From assembly GCA_002898355.1 (NCBI GenBank), contig BEHD01000009.1, forward strand, positions 21,124-85,123: a stretch of 64,000 nucleotides of DNA, written 5' to 3'. Positions 63,675 to 64,000 of this stretch are shown piece by piece. The notes under the pieces are model-generated. The model saw only the letters and a program-made list of their open reading frames with translations, did no database searches and was not told the DNA's origin. The translations under genes and the position numbers were made by a program. This stretch comes from an archaeon HR01. Lineage in GTDB: Archaea > Thermoproteota > Nitrososphaeria_A > Caldarchaeales > Caldarchaeaceae. Position 1 is the stretch's first letter, and every line of letters begins with the position of its first letter.

Positions 63675-64000
63675 ATGGGTGCTGGTGTTATTCTATCCTT
63701 GGTGCGTGTGGCTATGTGGTATGCCCCTATCACTGCTGTCACGGGCATGGCGGCTTTCTTCTTTGATTGGGTTCTCAAAGTATGTTGGGACTATTATGTT
63801 TACATCCACTACTCCTTCAGGATAAGCCGAGCTTCCTACTCTCCGCTCTGCGGCCAGAAGCTTAGGGAGAAACCGAGGAAGGGGAGGAAGAAGAGGGACG
63901 TTAAGAGGATAGATTTGGATTTCGACGGCTCGGATTCTCAGAATGGAGAACAGTCTCAACCCTCCTTTTTAGGCCTTATCCGGTCTTTTTCGGTAGGTCT
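63675..64000 (+). CDS. Possible membrane protein, 5' part only (open to window end)
   Basis: Not in the ORF track because it has no stop in the window. My translation from ATG 63675 reads MGAGVILSLVRVAMWYAPITAVTGMAAFFFDWVL..KLREKPRKGRKKRDVKR.., open for 108 codons. Confidence 0.3.
   Translation, partial: MGAGVILSLVRVAMWYAPITAVTGMAAFFFDWVLKVCWDYYVYIHYSFRISRASYSPLCGQKLREKPRKGRKKRDVKRIDLDFDGSDSQNGEQSQPSFLGLIRSFSVG

Noticed and set aside
1-64000. CRISPR arrays, rRNA genes, cas genes and recognised multi-gene defence systems
   Set aside because: I saw no regularly spaced direct repeats, no rRNA-like sequence, and no Cas, restriction-modification or other defence signatures. Only the two TA-like pairs were found.

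Overview
This is a gene-dense archaeal chromosomal segment. Supporting signs are TATA-box promoters about 25-30 nt upstream of starts, GGTGA-type SD motifs, and Orc1/Cdc6, PCNA, archaeal DnaG, Pelota, PurP, and an intron-containing tRNA. It most resembles a thermophilic TACK-type genome; I cannot name the organism. I support about 75 coding regions, mostly housekeeping or metabolic. These include ilvD, pheA, nadE, trpS, acs, ppdK, tmk, endonuclease V, a SufU-like scaffold, tandem purP paralogs, an ECF transporter, a Zn/Mn-type ABC transporter, and an ABC-2 exporter next to a SagB-like dehydrogenase. Also present are a membrane-anchored NirK-cupredoxin fusion with SCO chaperones, and a probable replication origin with inverted ORB-like boxes just upstream of orc1/cdc6. 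Accessory or odd material includes a decayed IS6-like transposase and an AT-richer islet with two toxin-antitoxin-like pairs (VapBC with a frameshifted VapC; DUF433/DUF5615). Two loci deserve real follow-up. (1) At 45.0-47.5 kb, two divergent deoxyhypusine-synthase paralogs sit next to a 166-aa four-HEAT-repeat protein with two VRHE motifs. It looks like exactly one half of eukaryotic deoxyhypusine hydroxylase (DOHH), an enzyme not identified in archaea to my knowledge. (2) At 61.96-63.61 kb, a tRNA-Leu locus contains a promoter-equipped orphan tRNA 5' half and a low-GC 272-aa ORF with a remote IS110-like layout. The same locus has a duplicated non-coding module just 3' of that ORF that carries a tRNA-5'-half mimic, plus a complete tRNA-Leu(CAG) with non-canonical insertions. 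This looks like a small tRNA-targeting mobile or split-gene system that I cannot assign to a described family. All alignments, folds and motif comparisons were done by eye and from memory of family signatures. No database search or computation was run.
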